Of a stretch of DNA of 64,000 nt, positions 25,561 through 37,155 are shown piece by piece. The stretch is taken from positions 108,252,001 to 108,316,000 of the forward strand of contig NC_043005.1 in NCBI RefSeq assembly GCF_006345805.1. Reading direction: 5' to 3'. This stretch comes from Octopus sinensis (taxonomy: Eukaryota). The notes beneath the pieces are model-generated. The model saw only the letters and a list, made by a program, of their open reading frames with translations. It had not been told where the DNA came from and made no database searches. A program made the translations under genes and the position numbers. The number at the start of each line of letters is the position of its first letter. The first letter of the stretch is position 1.

Positions 25561-26589
25561 GACCAAAGTTTTTTTTTACCAAGGTCTGGGGTCTCCCGCC
25601 CCTAAGCCCTAGACCATCACCTAATCACCCTTACCTGTCTTGTTGCTTAACAACAACAACAACAATCATCATCATTTAGCTCGTTTTTGAACAATTTTTA
25701 TATTGGTAATTTTCCAAACTTTTGTTTACTTGTGTAACGATGAGGATGATATTGGGTGAGATAGATGTAAAAGAAAAAAAAGAAAAACGTTAGCCACAAG
25801 TGTAGTCGAAGCGCTTATGTCCCAAACTTTTTTATAGAAAATTTTGCGAATAATTTTGCAAATATTATTTTTTTAAATGAATAGAAAAAGTAATTATAGT
25901 TAAACAAACGAACAATTACAAATACTGACGCAGACATTATCGTTTTGGACATAGAGAGAAAGCACAAGCAAATTTACATAACAAATAAACACAGATGTTA
26001 GTGATAGTCAAAAATTACACAATGAAAACAATGGCAATTAGATTTGTATTAATTTCAAAACACAAATCAAAATTAAACACGCAGATACATCACGTAAAAT
26101 ATATCCTTAAATCGATCAAAACATAACAAATATATAGTTTTAAAACCTGTGTTTATGATTTTATCATTTATAAAATAATTTGCAACTCTTAACGTTGTGT
26201 AGCTGGTATATGAAAGTCGCAAAATGATTAGCACTAATAGGGTTAGCAATGTTATCTTTCGATGCTGAAGATAAAGGTCATATAAGGAAATATGGAAAAT
26301 ATGTAACAAAAAAATAAAAAACTGAGCTCAGCAGAGTCGTTTAATATAAATGATGGTTCAGTCTGATATTGAAAGAACCATCTGTTTCACCAACATATAC
26401 ATTCGAGGCTTTCTTCCAAGGAATCTAATGCGCTTGTCTTAGATTTTCCTTTGGGGCTGATCGGAGCAATCTCAAGATTAATCAGCCGAAATTGCGAAGA
26501 TGATCCGGTTCTTGACTGAAGATTGAAGGCTTCGAATTTTTTGTATCGTCTTCTAAATGTGTTGCGTTCCTGTCCCAGTTTGTATTTTT

Positions 26590-26797
<208 letters not shown>

Positions 26798-27017
26798 TGG
26801 CAGAAACGTTAGCACGCCGGGCAAAATGCTTAGCAGTATTTCGTCTGCCGCTACGTTCTGAGTGCAAATTCCGCCGAGGTCGACTTTGCCTTTCATCCTT
26901 TCGGGGTCGATAAATTAAGTACCAGTTACGCACTGGGGTCGATGTAATCGACTTAATCCCTTTGTCTGTCCTTGTTTGTCCCTTCTATGTTTAGCCCCTT
27001 GTGGGCAATAAAGAAAT

Positions 27018-27021
<4 letters not shown>
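26798..27021 (+). mobile_element. SINE family A full-length (tail A1) inside a (GATA)n tract
   Basis: tggcagaaacgttagcacgccggg ... gtgggcaataaagaaataag, with GATA on both sides. Confidence 0.9.
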
Positions 27022-27089
<68 letters not shown>

Positions 27090-27523
27090 CAGAGAGATAG
27101 ATAGATATCTCAGTCTGCATGTTTGTATATGATAATAAATCCTGATTGGATGAATTTTTTCTCGCGTAAGCGATGCTTCCCAAATTACTTTTTAGTCTAT
27201 CTCTCTTCTCTTCACCTGTTTCTAGAAATCGCTTGATTGCATTTACCTATAGTTACAATTGCCATTAGATTCTTTATGGTTTTAATGAACAAACTTGTGT
27301 GGAGGTGATTGTATGTACGTTTGGGTGTTTCTGTGCAAAAGTGAGCATGTATGTTTCGTGCGTATTTATATGAAAATGAGGCTGACAAATATTTCCCTAA
27401 TGTTCATAGGTCCTTGAAAACTCGAGAATACTGCATTTACATAAAATTTATTTATTTTTTTAAATTTTAAATTCCAAATATATTGGGACAGAAATTTGTA
27501 CTATTTTAGCAAGAATATGAAAG

Positions 27524-27842
27524 GTGTATTCGATAAACTGTTCATCTCATGAAATTCAATTAACTGACTGTTTGATGAAATTCGATGAAAAGACTAAAAT
27601 TCCATCAAATGGCCGTTTGACGGAATTTAATGAACTTCACTCTTAATGAAATTTGAGCAGCTGCTTGTTTGATGAAAATCGATCAATTATCCGTTTGAAG
27701 GAATTCGTTCAGCTGATTTTTTGATGAAATTTGAACAAATGTCCGCTGCATAAAATTCAATCAACTGATCATTTGTGACATTTGATAAACTGACCAATGT
27801 CCACTCAGCTTTCCTATTGAGGAAATTCGATCGACTGAGAAT
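27524..27842. repeat. Degenerate 26-bp minisatellite (about 12 units)
   Basis: Consensus approximately GATGAAATTCGATCAACTGACCGTTT, e.g. catgaaattcaattaactgactgttt, gatgaaaatcgatcaattatccgttt, cataaaattcaatcaactgatcattt. Confidence 0.75.
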
Positions 27843-27914
27843 GCTAATGTAACCTATATATTTTAGTTCTGCTCAATACAACGTCCTATTATGACTATGT
27901 GGGGGTTTAATATA

Positions 27915-28210
27915 TTTTATTATTCATTTATGCGCCCTTTTAAAGCCTGGCAAGGCTCATGGGCCCGGTTTCTATGGCGTATGTGTTCCCACCAGCTGGT
28001 CTGGACGCCAGTGCATCGCAGCGTTACTCAAGAAACAGGAAGAAAGAGTGAGAGAAAGTTGGGGCAAAAGAGCACAACAGGGGTCGCCACCACTCCCTGC
28101 CGAAACCTCGTGGAGCTTTAGGTGTTTTCGCTCAATGCCCGGTCTGGGGATCGAAACCACGATCCTCCGATTGCGAGTCCGCTGCCCTAACCACTGGGCC
28201 ATTGCACCTC
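27915..28210 (-). mobile_element. Chimeric SINE: family C head plus family D (V-like) tail
   Basis: 28030-28210 matches the 24564 head. 27930-28030 matches the 40150-40265 tail (ctgcgatg.actggc.tcc..ccagctgg). Confidence 0.8.
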
Positions 28211-28333
28211 TACAATATATTTTAATTTATGTGAATTAAACATGGAATGCCCCATCTCATTCACGGTTTAGTTCCGTTAGTCAACTATACTTGTTATGAC
28301 TTTTTTCAGAGGCAATTCCTTTGTTACTTGGTG

Positions 28334-28645
28334 AGCCAACATATATAGTGGCAGCTGTCAGTTTTTTTGTAGAAAGAAGAGAGAGGTAAGTGCCTAGTGG
28401 TGGTTGCTTGGTGTTTAACCCTTTCGTTACCAACCCGGCTGATACTAGCCCTGGCCCTGTAGTACAAATGTCTTGTTTTCATAAGTTTTGAATTAAAATC
28501 TTCCATCAAAGCTTAGTCATAATTAATGTTCCTAACACTAGCTTAATGATAACTGAGTTATTTTACTAAATTCTTTGTTATATTTTAATTGAAGGTTTCT
28601 CAAATACAACTATTTCTATTAATGTGTGCAGCACTAAAATGGTAA
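28334..28645 (+). repeat. Local duplication copy 1 (of 31203-32008), with internal deletion
   Basis: Shared unique flank agccaacatatatagtggcagctgtcag(t)ngtagaaagaagagagaggtaagt, shared TTAA-MITE, shared gaagg.ttctcaaatacaactatt...ggtaa. Confidence 0.85.
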
Positions 28646-28892
28646 CTTACACTACTACTTCCTTATTCAAGACACCTTACTTTCAGAATACGCTCCGCAT
28701 TATTAATTAAGTCAACTGTACAGCAGAAGCTATCACCTATTTCTCGAGAGCCATTAGGATATTTAAAGGAATTCATTTCGTGAGTGTTTTTTCTGCTAAT
28801 TAGTCTTCAACATAAAACGTCCGCTAATTGTTGAATACAGCTGCCTCGCTTGTGCACACATAACTTCTCATTTGTTACCCCTTTTCTGCACA

Positions 28893-29225
28893 TTCTTTTC
28901 TACTCTAAGCACAAGGCCCGAAGTTTTTTTGGTGGGGAGACCAGTTGATTAGATCGACTCCAGTACGCAACTGGTACTTAATTTACCGACCCCGAAAGGA
29001 TGAAATGCAAAGTCGGCGGAATTTGAGCTCAGAGCGGCAGACGAAATACCTATTTCTTTACTACCCACAAGTGACTAAACACAGAGCGGACGTACAAGGA
29101 CAGATAAACGGATTAAGTCGATTATATCGACCCCAGTGCGTAATTGGTACTTTATTTATCGACCCCTAAAGGATGAAAGGCAAAGTCGACCTTGGCGGAA
29201 TTTGAACTCACGTTTCTGCCAGCTC
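28893..29225 (-). mobile_element. SINE family A dimer (A1 monomer, second core, A2 tail)
   Basis: Junction gacgaaatac|ctatttcttt at 29049/29050. Same architecture as 20257-20631. Confidence 0.85.
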
Positions 29226-29499
29226 GCCTCCTTCCTTTTTCTGCATGTGTTGAGCTTGCTGACATTCCGGAAAGTTACTTCTTTCCAGTTAACTAGAACT
29301 TTTCTCGTTTATTTTAAGGCATCTCAGTTCTAAAAAATGTTTCTACATTAATTCTGCATTACTTCTCTAATTTTTCGACAGATTAAAATATGAGAACTTG
29401 GTACGTGGTATTTCCTGTACGTAACCAATTTTAAGCCCCTTCTATTAACAGGAGATGACTGAGAACCGAGCTTTGATAAATACCTACCTGCACGTTATA

Positions 29500-29910
29500 T
29501 TCTTCGTTGAACTTGTAGTGACCCTATAACGGTGCGCGCGCGCGCACCGTCCATTTGTATTTCGCGCGTGTTGGTGCCTTTACCAAGGCACAGAAAGGAA
29601 GGGCCCTCTCGCGCATGCGCGAAACACCGGAAGCACGACCTTGGCCAAGGCAAGGGGGTCGTAGAACGTTTGACCGCTAGCAGCAGCAGCAGCGACTTTG
29701 AGACATGGCTATCGAAGGCAACGGTCACATATATTCTCTCTCCGTCAGGACTTGATTCTAGCAGCAGTCGGCCGAATGCCTTTAACCAAATTGTTGCCGA
29801 CCACATTCAACTTCCCTGTTCGACGCCATCTTGAACGTTCTGGTTTTAGCGGCTGAATATTGTAAATATTACAATCGATTAACTTTCAGCCTTGCGCGCC
29901 CCGAACCAAG
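29500..29910. promoter_or_regulatory. CpG-rich promoter-like island, possibly bidirectional
   Basis: Only CpG-dense unique stretch in the window. NRF1-type GCGCATGCGC (29611-29620), ETS-type CCGGAAG (29627-29633), YY1-type CAAGATGGCG on minus (29824-29833), strong minus-strand donor CAG|GTAGGT at 29488/29487. Confidence 0.7.
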
Positions 29911-30142
29911 GACATCAGATAACACACTTATTGTTACTGTTACCAAGAAAGAGAATAAAGTAGTATATATATCTTTTACGTCTGCGTCTTGTTGTTTCTG
30001 ACTGGTAGAATTCTGGATTGTTAAAGCAACGGCTAGTGATTGCTTTCTTGTACCCCGAAAGTACAAGAGAAGATATTCACTCACACCAAGTTCGTTACAA
30101 ACTCATTACGAACTCCCAATTTGCTGTCAATTTTTTCTGTAC

Positions 30143-30240
30143 ATGGTTCGTACAGCTCTCAGAGTAACATCGGATGACTTTATTCTGATTGAAGATAACG
30201 ATGCTTTACAATCCAGAACACCTCATGTCCCAAAACTTCG
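30143..30240 (+). CDS. Candidate first coding exon MVRTALRVTSDDFILIEDNDALQSRTPHVPKLR (phase 2)
   Basis: ATG about 250 nt downstream of the island, 32 open codons, donor CG|GTAAAA. The other two frames are closed. No homolog recognised. Confidence 0.45.
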
Positions 30241-31246
30241 GTAAAACTTTTATTTTTCGTTCTTTTTCTACTAAATATACTTTGCATTAATCCTCTCTCC
30301 AACTTCCGCCACCCTTCTCTCTCTCTCTCTCTCTCTCAACTACATAGTACTGTTACTTCCTTCCCACTTTTATTCTTTCCATTCCGGTCTTACTCTTAAC
30401 ATTTATGGTAATATTTTCCTCATCCATTGTTTACCTTCTGTTTGGCTGGGATGTCACTTCATCCACATATCTAATATGAAGCTCACAGCAAGGTTTTCTT
30501 CTAAGCTGCAAGTCCCCCCTCTCTCTCTCCCTGCCTCTTGTTTATCCGACACTCAGTGCTTCTTTGAACTTATACAGAGCCAAAGAATTTTCAGTGTCTT
30601 TCCTCTCCAGATATTCTTGAGTTTCTGGGTTGTTTTGCTCTTAATCACTAGTACCTAATTCTGTGAAGAGTGGTACGCTCTCCAAAGTAGAGAAGAATTA
30701 GTATTCACAGCCGTCTGTTTATCCCGTTACCTTGTGTATATGAAATCTATATAGTTTTCGTGATCGACCTGCTGGTATATGTGGCTGGCAAATTTCCTGA
30801 AATTAGTACTGTAAATAGCAAAACCACTGATAAGACAGAACACTAAGATTGTCCAGCACCTTTCATTCCACGCATCATAGCCATAGCCTCCACGTTCACA
30901 TGACTAGCTGTTGTGTTGTCTAATATGTCTGTTAAATCTTTAGTTAGGATAAAAAGATCCCTATTGTCTGTTATCATGATAGCATGTAAGAAGTCCATAT
31001 AGAAATGACCTTTCGTCAATCAGTCACTCATTATGGAGAAATGTAAAGGTAACTGTTCACCAAATTCAGCTCAGCTATCCTCTTAAGAGAATCTGTACCT
31101 GTGTTCCTTGCCCAGTTAGTAACCCATTGAAGGCTCCGCTTCCTCTCACTTCTTGCCACCATTCTAAACTCTCTAAAATATCCTTGGTTCTACATTCTAT
31201 CAAGCCAACATATATAGTGGCAGCTGTCAGTTTTTTTTTTTTGTAG

Positions 31247-31259
31247 AAAGAAGAGAGAG
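31247..31259 (+). CDS. Candidate 13-nt micro-exon AAAGAAGAGAGAG
   Basis: (T)12 GTAG acceptor and GTAAGT donor. Would continue exon 30143-30240 as R-KKRE. Identical cassette at 28373-28385. Confidence 0.2.
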
Positions 31260-31288
31260 GTAAGTGCCTAGTGGAGGTTGCTTGGTGT

Positions 31289-31517
31289 TTAGCCCTTTCG
31301 TCACCAACCCAGCTGAAACTGCCTCTAGCTCTGTAGTACAAATGCCTTGTTTACGTAAGTTTTTAATTAAAATCTTCCACTAAAGCTTAGTCATAATTAA
31401 TGTTCCTAACACTAGCTTCATGATAACTGAGCTATTTTACTAAATTCTTTGTTATATTTAAAATACTTGAGAGAAACATAGAGCATCTCAAAATAAGTAC
31501 AGTAATGAAAGAGTTAA
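31289..31517. mobile_element. TTAA-MITE (same family as 56473-56701)
   Basis: ttagccctttcgtcacc ... gtaatgaaagagttaa. Body matches the 56473 copy. Confidence 0.7.
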
Positions 31518-31540
31518 ATGGAAAAGAATTGGTAGGTCGT

Positions 31541-31927
31541 AAAGTATACTAGCCATCTCAACATGGCTAACCACTAAGGGTGGGTGTTACTGTAGCTTTT
31601 AGCCCCAGGAGATCATCGTCTCCAGCTGGCTTTAGGCACACTTTCTGTGCTCTTATGGTATTTGCAAAGGGAGGTCGTCCCTCTCTCGTAAACCTAAGTG
31701 ATACCCACGGACTGCAGTTTCTAGGTGTTTGCTTGTCTTCGGCGTACGGCAGTCACCGGTTTACAATGAAGGGAGACCTGTTTGTAAATACTTATTGTTT
31801 TTCTAGTAACTTCCGTCACTGATTTCGAAAAACTGTCTGCAAGGAATAATAAATCTCTGAACGAGATGTAAACAGTAACTGCTCGACAACGTAAAGTATA
31901 CCAGCCATCTCAATATGGCTAACCATT
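31541..31927 (+). mobile_element. 387-bp insertion with 35-bp terminal direct repeats and 14-bp TSD (retrozyme/PLE-like?)
   Basis: TSD aattggtaggtcgt at 31527-31540 and 31928-31941. Repeats aaagtatac(t/c)agccatctcaa(c/t)atggctaacca at 31541 and 31893. Confidence 0.6.
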
Positions 31928-32400
31928 AATTGGTAGGTCGTTTGATGACAATTGAAGGATTCTCAAATACAACTATTCCTATTAATGTGTGCAGCACTAA
32001 AATGGTAAATGTTAGTTTTATACTCAACTAAGGTTTTTCAATGATGTCATTGTTATGATTTCAGTACCTTCAAAACTCTCTGCGCTTTCTAGCACAAATC
32101 ACTTTTCATCACAAACTCATTCTGACAAGACTTAATGGTCCTGCTTCCTGTTATTTGCAGTTATTGCTCTTTTAGATGAATTCCCTTCATTGTAATTTGT
32201 AGTAACCACAAGCAAATTTTTGCTTAGAATTATCTATCTGTTGTGCAGGTTGCTTTTACCATCATTTGATGAGTCTACAACTTAACAGTGCAGAAGATTC
32301 TCTCAGACTGATTCAGCTCCCTTTTCTGAAACTTTTGAATTCCACTCTTTCCTCATGCAACCATTTTATTCAGCGCAACTGGTTTTGTGAGTCTAAATTT

Positions 32401-32718
32401 AAAAGGCACGTAAAAGGCACCATTCGAGCGTGATCATTACCAGCATCGCCTTACTGTCACCTGTGCCAGTGGAATGTGTAAAAGAGTCAAGCGAGGTCGT
32501 TGCCAGTACTGCCTGACTGGCCCCGTACCAGTGGCATGTAAAAGCAACCACAACACTCTCAGAGTGGTTGGCATTAGGAAGGGCATCCAGCTGTAGAAAC
32601 TCTGCCAGATCAAGATTGAAGCCTGGTGCAGCCATCTGGTTCGCTAGCCCTCAGTCAAATCGTCCAACCCATGCTAGCATGGAAAGCGGACGTTAAATTA
32701 TGATGATGATGATGATGA
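32401..32718 (+). mobile_element. Family E (RTE 3'UTR-type) with (GAT)n tail
   Basis: ggttggcattaggaagggcatccagctgtagaaac...cccatgctagcatggaaagcggacgttaaa-(tga)n. Confidence 0.85.
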
Positions 32719-33169
32719 AATTTAAAGCCAAGTCACTTTTACTCTGTCTCTCCTACAATCCTGCAAAGAATTCCCACAGTGTGGAGTCATACAGCAAAGA
32801 ATATAAAATTTAAGAAAATGAACCATTGACAAAGCTAGCAATTCATTGGGTGAGACAGGGGGGTTAGAGGAATAACACTGTGCAATCAGAGAATATGCAT
32901 ACAATTTCCAATAGCTAGGGATGCCGTTAACAAAAACAGCCGAAATAAAATAGACCAATTAATTATTGATTAACTTAAACTTAGCCTTAGAGGTCGATGT
33001 GGTTTCCTAGAGAAATATAATATAGTATGCTAACTTCAATGAAGCACAGTGCTAAATTTGGGTTGTTTCTCAGTTCAATGAATCCATACAGATGGCACTG
33101 CTGAGAGGCACAGGGAGAAAGACAGACCAAGAGTGTAAATGCAATTTCAAGTATCAAGGATACTCTTAA

Positions 33170-33224
33170 TAATGATGAAGATGATGGTGGTGGTGATAGT
33201 GATGAAGATAACGTTGATGTCGAC

Positions 33225-33255
<31 letters not shown>

Positions 33256-33327
33256 AATGATAATAATAATGATAATAATAATAATGATAATAATAATAAT
33301 AATGATAATAAAAATAATAATAATAAA
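33170..33327. repeat. (GAT)/(AAT)n
   Basis: Direct inspection. Confidence 0.9.
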
Positions 33328-33804
33328 TATTTGCCATTTTAATTATGAAGAGGGTTTGAAATATTAAATCTGATTATATAAAGACACCACAAGATGATAT
33401 TAGATCCCTGAGCGATAATGAAAGATAGAAGTTCCTAAACGTGCAACAGGACAATAAAGTAAGGGAATGTAAAGTTTACCAAAGCATAAAAGAGAAGTAA
33501 AAGGAAATGATTAGGAAGGAACTCAAAACAAAATTAAATAGAGGGAATGTTATCATGGTAATCAACTCATGGACCAAAACAATATTGATATACCTTACCT
33601 CGCTTTCTAAAATGGGCAAAGACTGAACAGCTTAGAAGCTGCTTACAATGCACAGCACACACCACCCTAAAAGTAGTAAGACAGACCCCACAAAGGAAGG
33701 AAGGAGAGAGTTTTGTTAAATGCAGTATCACAATACTGGATGCTGGATGTGGAGAATTATGTCATACATAATGTAGAAAGAATATTGTTTGCAGTCAGCA
33801 GTTT

Positions 33805-34032
33805 CCTATTTCTTTACTACCTACAAGGGGCTAAACACAGAGGGGACGAACAAGGACAGACAAACGGATTAAGTCGATTATATCGACCCCAATGCGTAAC
33901 TGGTACTTATTTAATCGACCCCGAAAGGATGAAAGGCAAAGTCGACCTCGGCGGAATCTGAACTCAGAATGTAATGGCAGACGAAATACTGCTAAGCATT
34001 TCGCCCAGTGTGCTAACATTTCTGCCAGCTCG
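33805..34032 (-). mobile_element. SINE family A full-length (tail A1)
   Basis: ctatttctttactacctacaagggg ... ctgccagctcg. Confidence 0.9.
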
Positions 34033-34495
34033 TAGCAAGAGAATTGAAGAATAGAAGGAAGAGTGACAGGAGAAATAGCTGGTGAATAAAGGTATTACCA
34101 GACTAGTTCATGCTACACACTGAAGATGCTGAAAATAATGAATGGTATTCGTGATTGACAGGTGAAAATCAGGAATGATAAACTGTAATTACTAATTATA
34201 GCCACTCAGGAACAAACTATTAGCACAAACTTGATAGAGACATGGATTGATAAAACTGTTAGAAAACAACTTCACAATCATTGAAAAAGGAAATGAAAAT
34301 ATTAACCATCTTTTAAGTGAATGCAGTAAGCTAGTGCAAAAAGAGTATAAATACAGGCATAACTGTAGCGGTAAAAGACTGCATTAGGATGTTAGCCAAG
34401 ATTGTGGATTCAAAGGGACAGGAAAATGGTATGAACTCGAACCAGAAGCTGTGGTGGTGAATGATAACTACAGAATATTATGGGATTTCTGTGCA

Positions 34496-34800
34496 ATCAT
34501 CATTATCATCGTTTAACATCCACCTTCCATGCTGGCTTGTGGGTCGGTTTAACAAGAGCCAGTCAGGCAGAAGCCTACACCAGACTTCTGTGACTGTTTT
34601 GGCAGGATTTTTACAGCTGGATGCCCTTCCTAACACCAACCACTCAGCAGAGTGGACTTAGTGCTTAAATACATAGCCCAAGCACAGGCGAGGTTTGTTT
34701 TTGGCAAGGTTTTCACAGCTGGATGCCCTTCCAAGTACCAACCACTTTGCAGTGTGGACTGGGTGATTTTAAGTGGCACCTACACTGATAGGGTCACCAA
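34496..34800 (-). mobile_element. Family E copy
   Basis: catcgtttaacatccaccttccatgctggc...cagctggatgcccttcctaacaccaaccac, with internal duplication. Confidence 0.8.
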
Positions 34801-35707
34801 GCGCTTGCAAGACAAAAAAAATCTTTTGAGAGGGGAAGAGACATTGAAGGAGGTGATCTTGTGTCAGATGAGGAAAGGTTATAGTGAGGCAGAGAGACAG
34901 AAACAAGTGTCTTGTTGTAGAGGAGGTACAGGGTCACCCAGCTGGAGAGAGAGAGAGAGAGAAATCTGGAATGAAAACAGAAATAGGTGCACTGCCACAA
35001 AGGAAATACATGGCTGCCCAACCAGAGGGAAATGCAGGAGAGGGAGATAGCAGGATATAGATAGTAGCAAAGTGCCAGGCATATGCAATAATACAATGAG
35101 ACAGGGCGTGGAGGGAACACACGGGTTGGAAGTTAGCAGAGACCAATGATACAGTGGCACAGGGTCAAGAGGACAGGATTGGGGAGTGGGAGGTAAGCCT
35201 AGTGAATGAAGTGGAAATGTGAGGAAGAGAAGAGATGTAGTTTGATTTGTGATGGAGTGTGTGAGAAATTTCCATGTTAAGTGTAGGTGGGACACACAGC
35301 ACTTCTAGAACTCTGTGTAAAAGACTGGAAATGTTATGGATAAAAGGAGAGCAGATATTGTTATAGAGGACGAAAAAGAAAAAATGGAAGAGCAGAGACC
35401 TTATACTACCATGTGATAGTAGAGCAGATAGAGAAATTGATAAAATTGAGAAATATGTGAACCTAGCTAGACAGATGAAGGGATTGTGGAAGATAAATTA
35501 ACAAGGGTTCCTGTGGTAATTGGTGCACTTGTCACAACACCCAAAGAAACTGAAGGTAGGCATTCACTGTCAACCTGTTGAAAAGTGTTTTCCTGTGTTC
35601 TGTAAGAATTTCTAAGACAGTTTCTTGAGATTGGAAGAGATTTGTTTTCACCAATCCTCAAGATAACTATCCTGTTAATTGAATTAGCATGTAATAGATT
35701 TTTAGGA

Positions 35708-35740
<33 letters not shown>

Positions 35741-35753
35741 GTAATAATAATAA

Positions 35754-36288
35754 ATGCCCTGATGCAGTACCAGGCAGTGGCTCTCATGGCTTCTGATCTT
35801 AACTGATTGGAAGTGTTATCATGTACATTGTTTTGTCTTGGTATAAAAGATGGGCTACAGCAAATATTCTGCTCAATACCACAGATTTGCTTGTCAGTTG
35901 TTTGACCTTAACCAGTTGAGCATGTCCCTTAGTGGCTGATGATATGTGCATCTCTGATCCTGAGCAGAAGTAGTGGGGAGCATCATAGCCATGTGTTGAG
36001 AGGGATTCTTTGGGGTTTGAATAATTCACCTCTGGAAACATGGGTGTTTCGTTCAACATCCTTAAACAACCCTAATTCAGGGACCTTTTGAGTAGGAAGA
36101 AAATTCTAACTGGGCTCCACCTGCAAGGTCATGTGCTGTTTATCTTGATATGAAATCATGACGCGCACACATGGTTGTGATGCATGTGCCTGGTGTACCC
36201 TTATCAGACGGGTAGTCATGATGGGTATACTGGGCTTCGTATATTTTACCCCAGTGTCACTTTGATGGCTTGCACTGCTCTCTCACTC
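35754..36288 (+). mobile_element. Family T non-coding element, full length, within (AAT)n
   Basis: (AAT)n at 35709-35753 and 36289-36338. Reverse complement of 22844-23391. Confidence 0.85.
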
Positions 36289-36337
36289 AATAATAATAAT
36301 AATAATAATAATATAATAATAATAATAATAATAATAA

Positions 36338-36368
<31 letters not shown>

Positions 36369-36470
36369 AAGAAGAAGAAGAAGAAGAAGAAGAAGAAGAA
36401 GAAGAAGAAGAAGAAGAAGAAGAAGACTACTGGATAATGAAAATAATAATAATCACCATCATAATAATAT
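36289..36470. repeat. (AAT)n-(AAG)n
   Basis: Direct inspection. Confidence 0.95.
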
Positions 36471-36949
36471 AAATATTCCTTTAAATTTAGTCCTCTCAGC
36501 CAAAGTTTCTTTGAGTCATTGAGAATAATATGTCATGTCCAACAATTTGCTGTAGCCTGTCCATGAATCTTTACTATATCAAATTTTGTTTTGAGTCACA
36601 ATTCCTCAAAACAAAAAGACAGCATTATCAAGTAGAGCGAAGATGGTGGTTATCTTATGTGGTGTGGCTTAAAAGTTACCTCAACTGATAGCTGTAGAAG
36701 AGAAGGATACAGCATTAGTTATATTCTCAGCTACAAGGACATCTTTGAGGTGCTTTGTCTAGAGTGGAGAATGTTCAACTATAAGTTTTCTCACTTAATG
36801 TCATTTTACTATAAAGCAACTGCCGCGGCTATTTTCTTACATAAATCATTAAATTTTGAAAAAAAATATTAATTTCCAACTGACGCTTTTTTCTTTTCTG
36901 AAAAACTAAATATACTAAATATACTTAGTTAATAATTATAATTATGATA

Positions 36950-37155
36950 GATTTTGCCGGCTTTCTTTTGATCAGCAGAAAATAGCAGCCTAATTGCACT
37001 CAAATTACACTGTTATCTTCAAACAGGTCAACCACTTTGAATAAAGAATTTCTAGATATGCTATATCTGAGATAAGATGGAACTGGCATGACCAGAACAC
37101 ATCTGATCATAAATCTGCCTGGTAAGGGCTAGCCTGGGGTTAAACAACAGCAGCA
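36950..37155 (+). mobile_element. Old SINE 3' portion with (AAC)n-type tail (related fragments near 10720, 11560, 17840, 54865, 55337)
   Basis: gatcataaatctgcctggtaagggctagcctggggttaaacaacagcagc. Similar reverse-complement fragments elsewhere. Confidence 0.45.

Larger units (their letters stand above)
31203..32008 (+). repeat. Local duplication copy 2
   Basis: See 28334-28645. Contains the complete MITE 31289-31517 and the 31541-31927 insertion. Confidence 0.85.
33410..35700 (+). mobile_element. Highly decayed R4/Dong-type LINE, interrupted by SINE A (33805-34032) and family E/purine-rich repeat (34496-35390)
   Basis: Segments translate as ..KELKTKLNRGNVIMVINSWTKT.. (about 33520), ..NHLLSECSKLVQKEYKYRHN..KWYELEPEAVVV..YRILWDF (34300-34490), ..DKIEKYVNLARQMKGLWK..VPVVIGAL (35430-35535). 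Ends in (TAA)n at 35709. Confidence 0.7.

Noticed and set aside
27524-27842. CRISPR-like periodicity
   Set aside because: Units are contiguous and degenerate with no unique spacers, the context is eukaryotic and there are no cas genes.
29495-29834. Overlapping 100-aa ORFs on both strands of the CpG island
   Set aside because: GC-rich sequence suppresses stop codons, the starts are non-ATG or weak and no domain is recognisable. Better explained as promoter or 5'UTR.
36680-36691. 12-nt minus-strand micro-exon-like CTATCAGTTGAG
   Set aside because: Single instance, antisense to the inferred gene and expected by chance in 64 kb.
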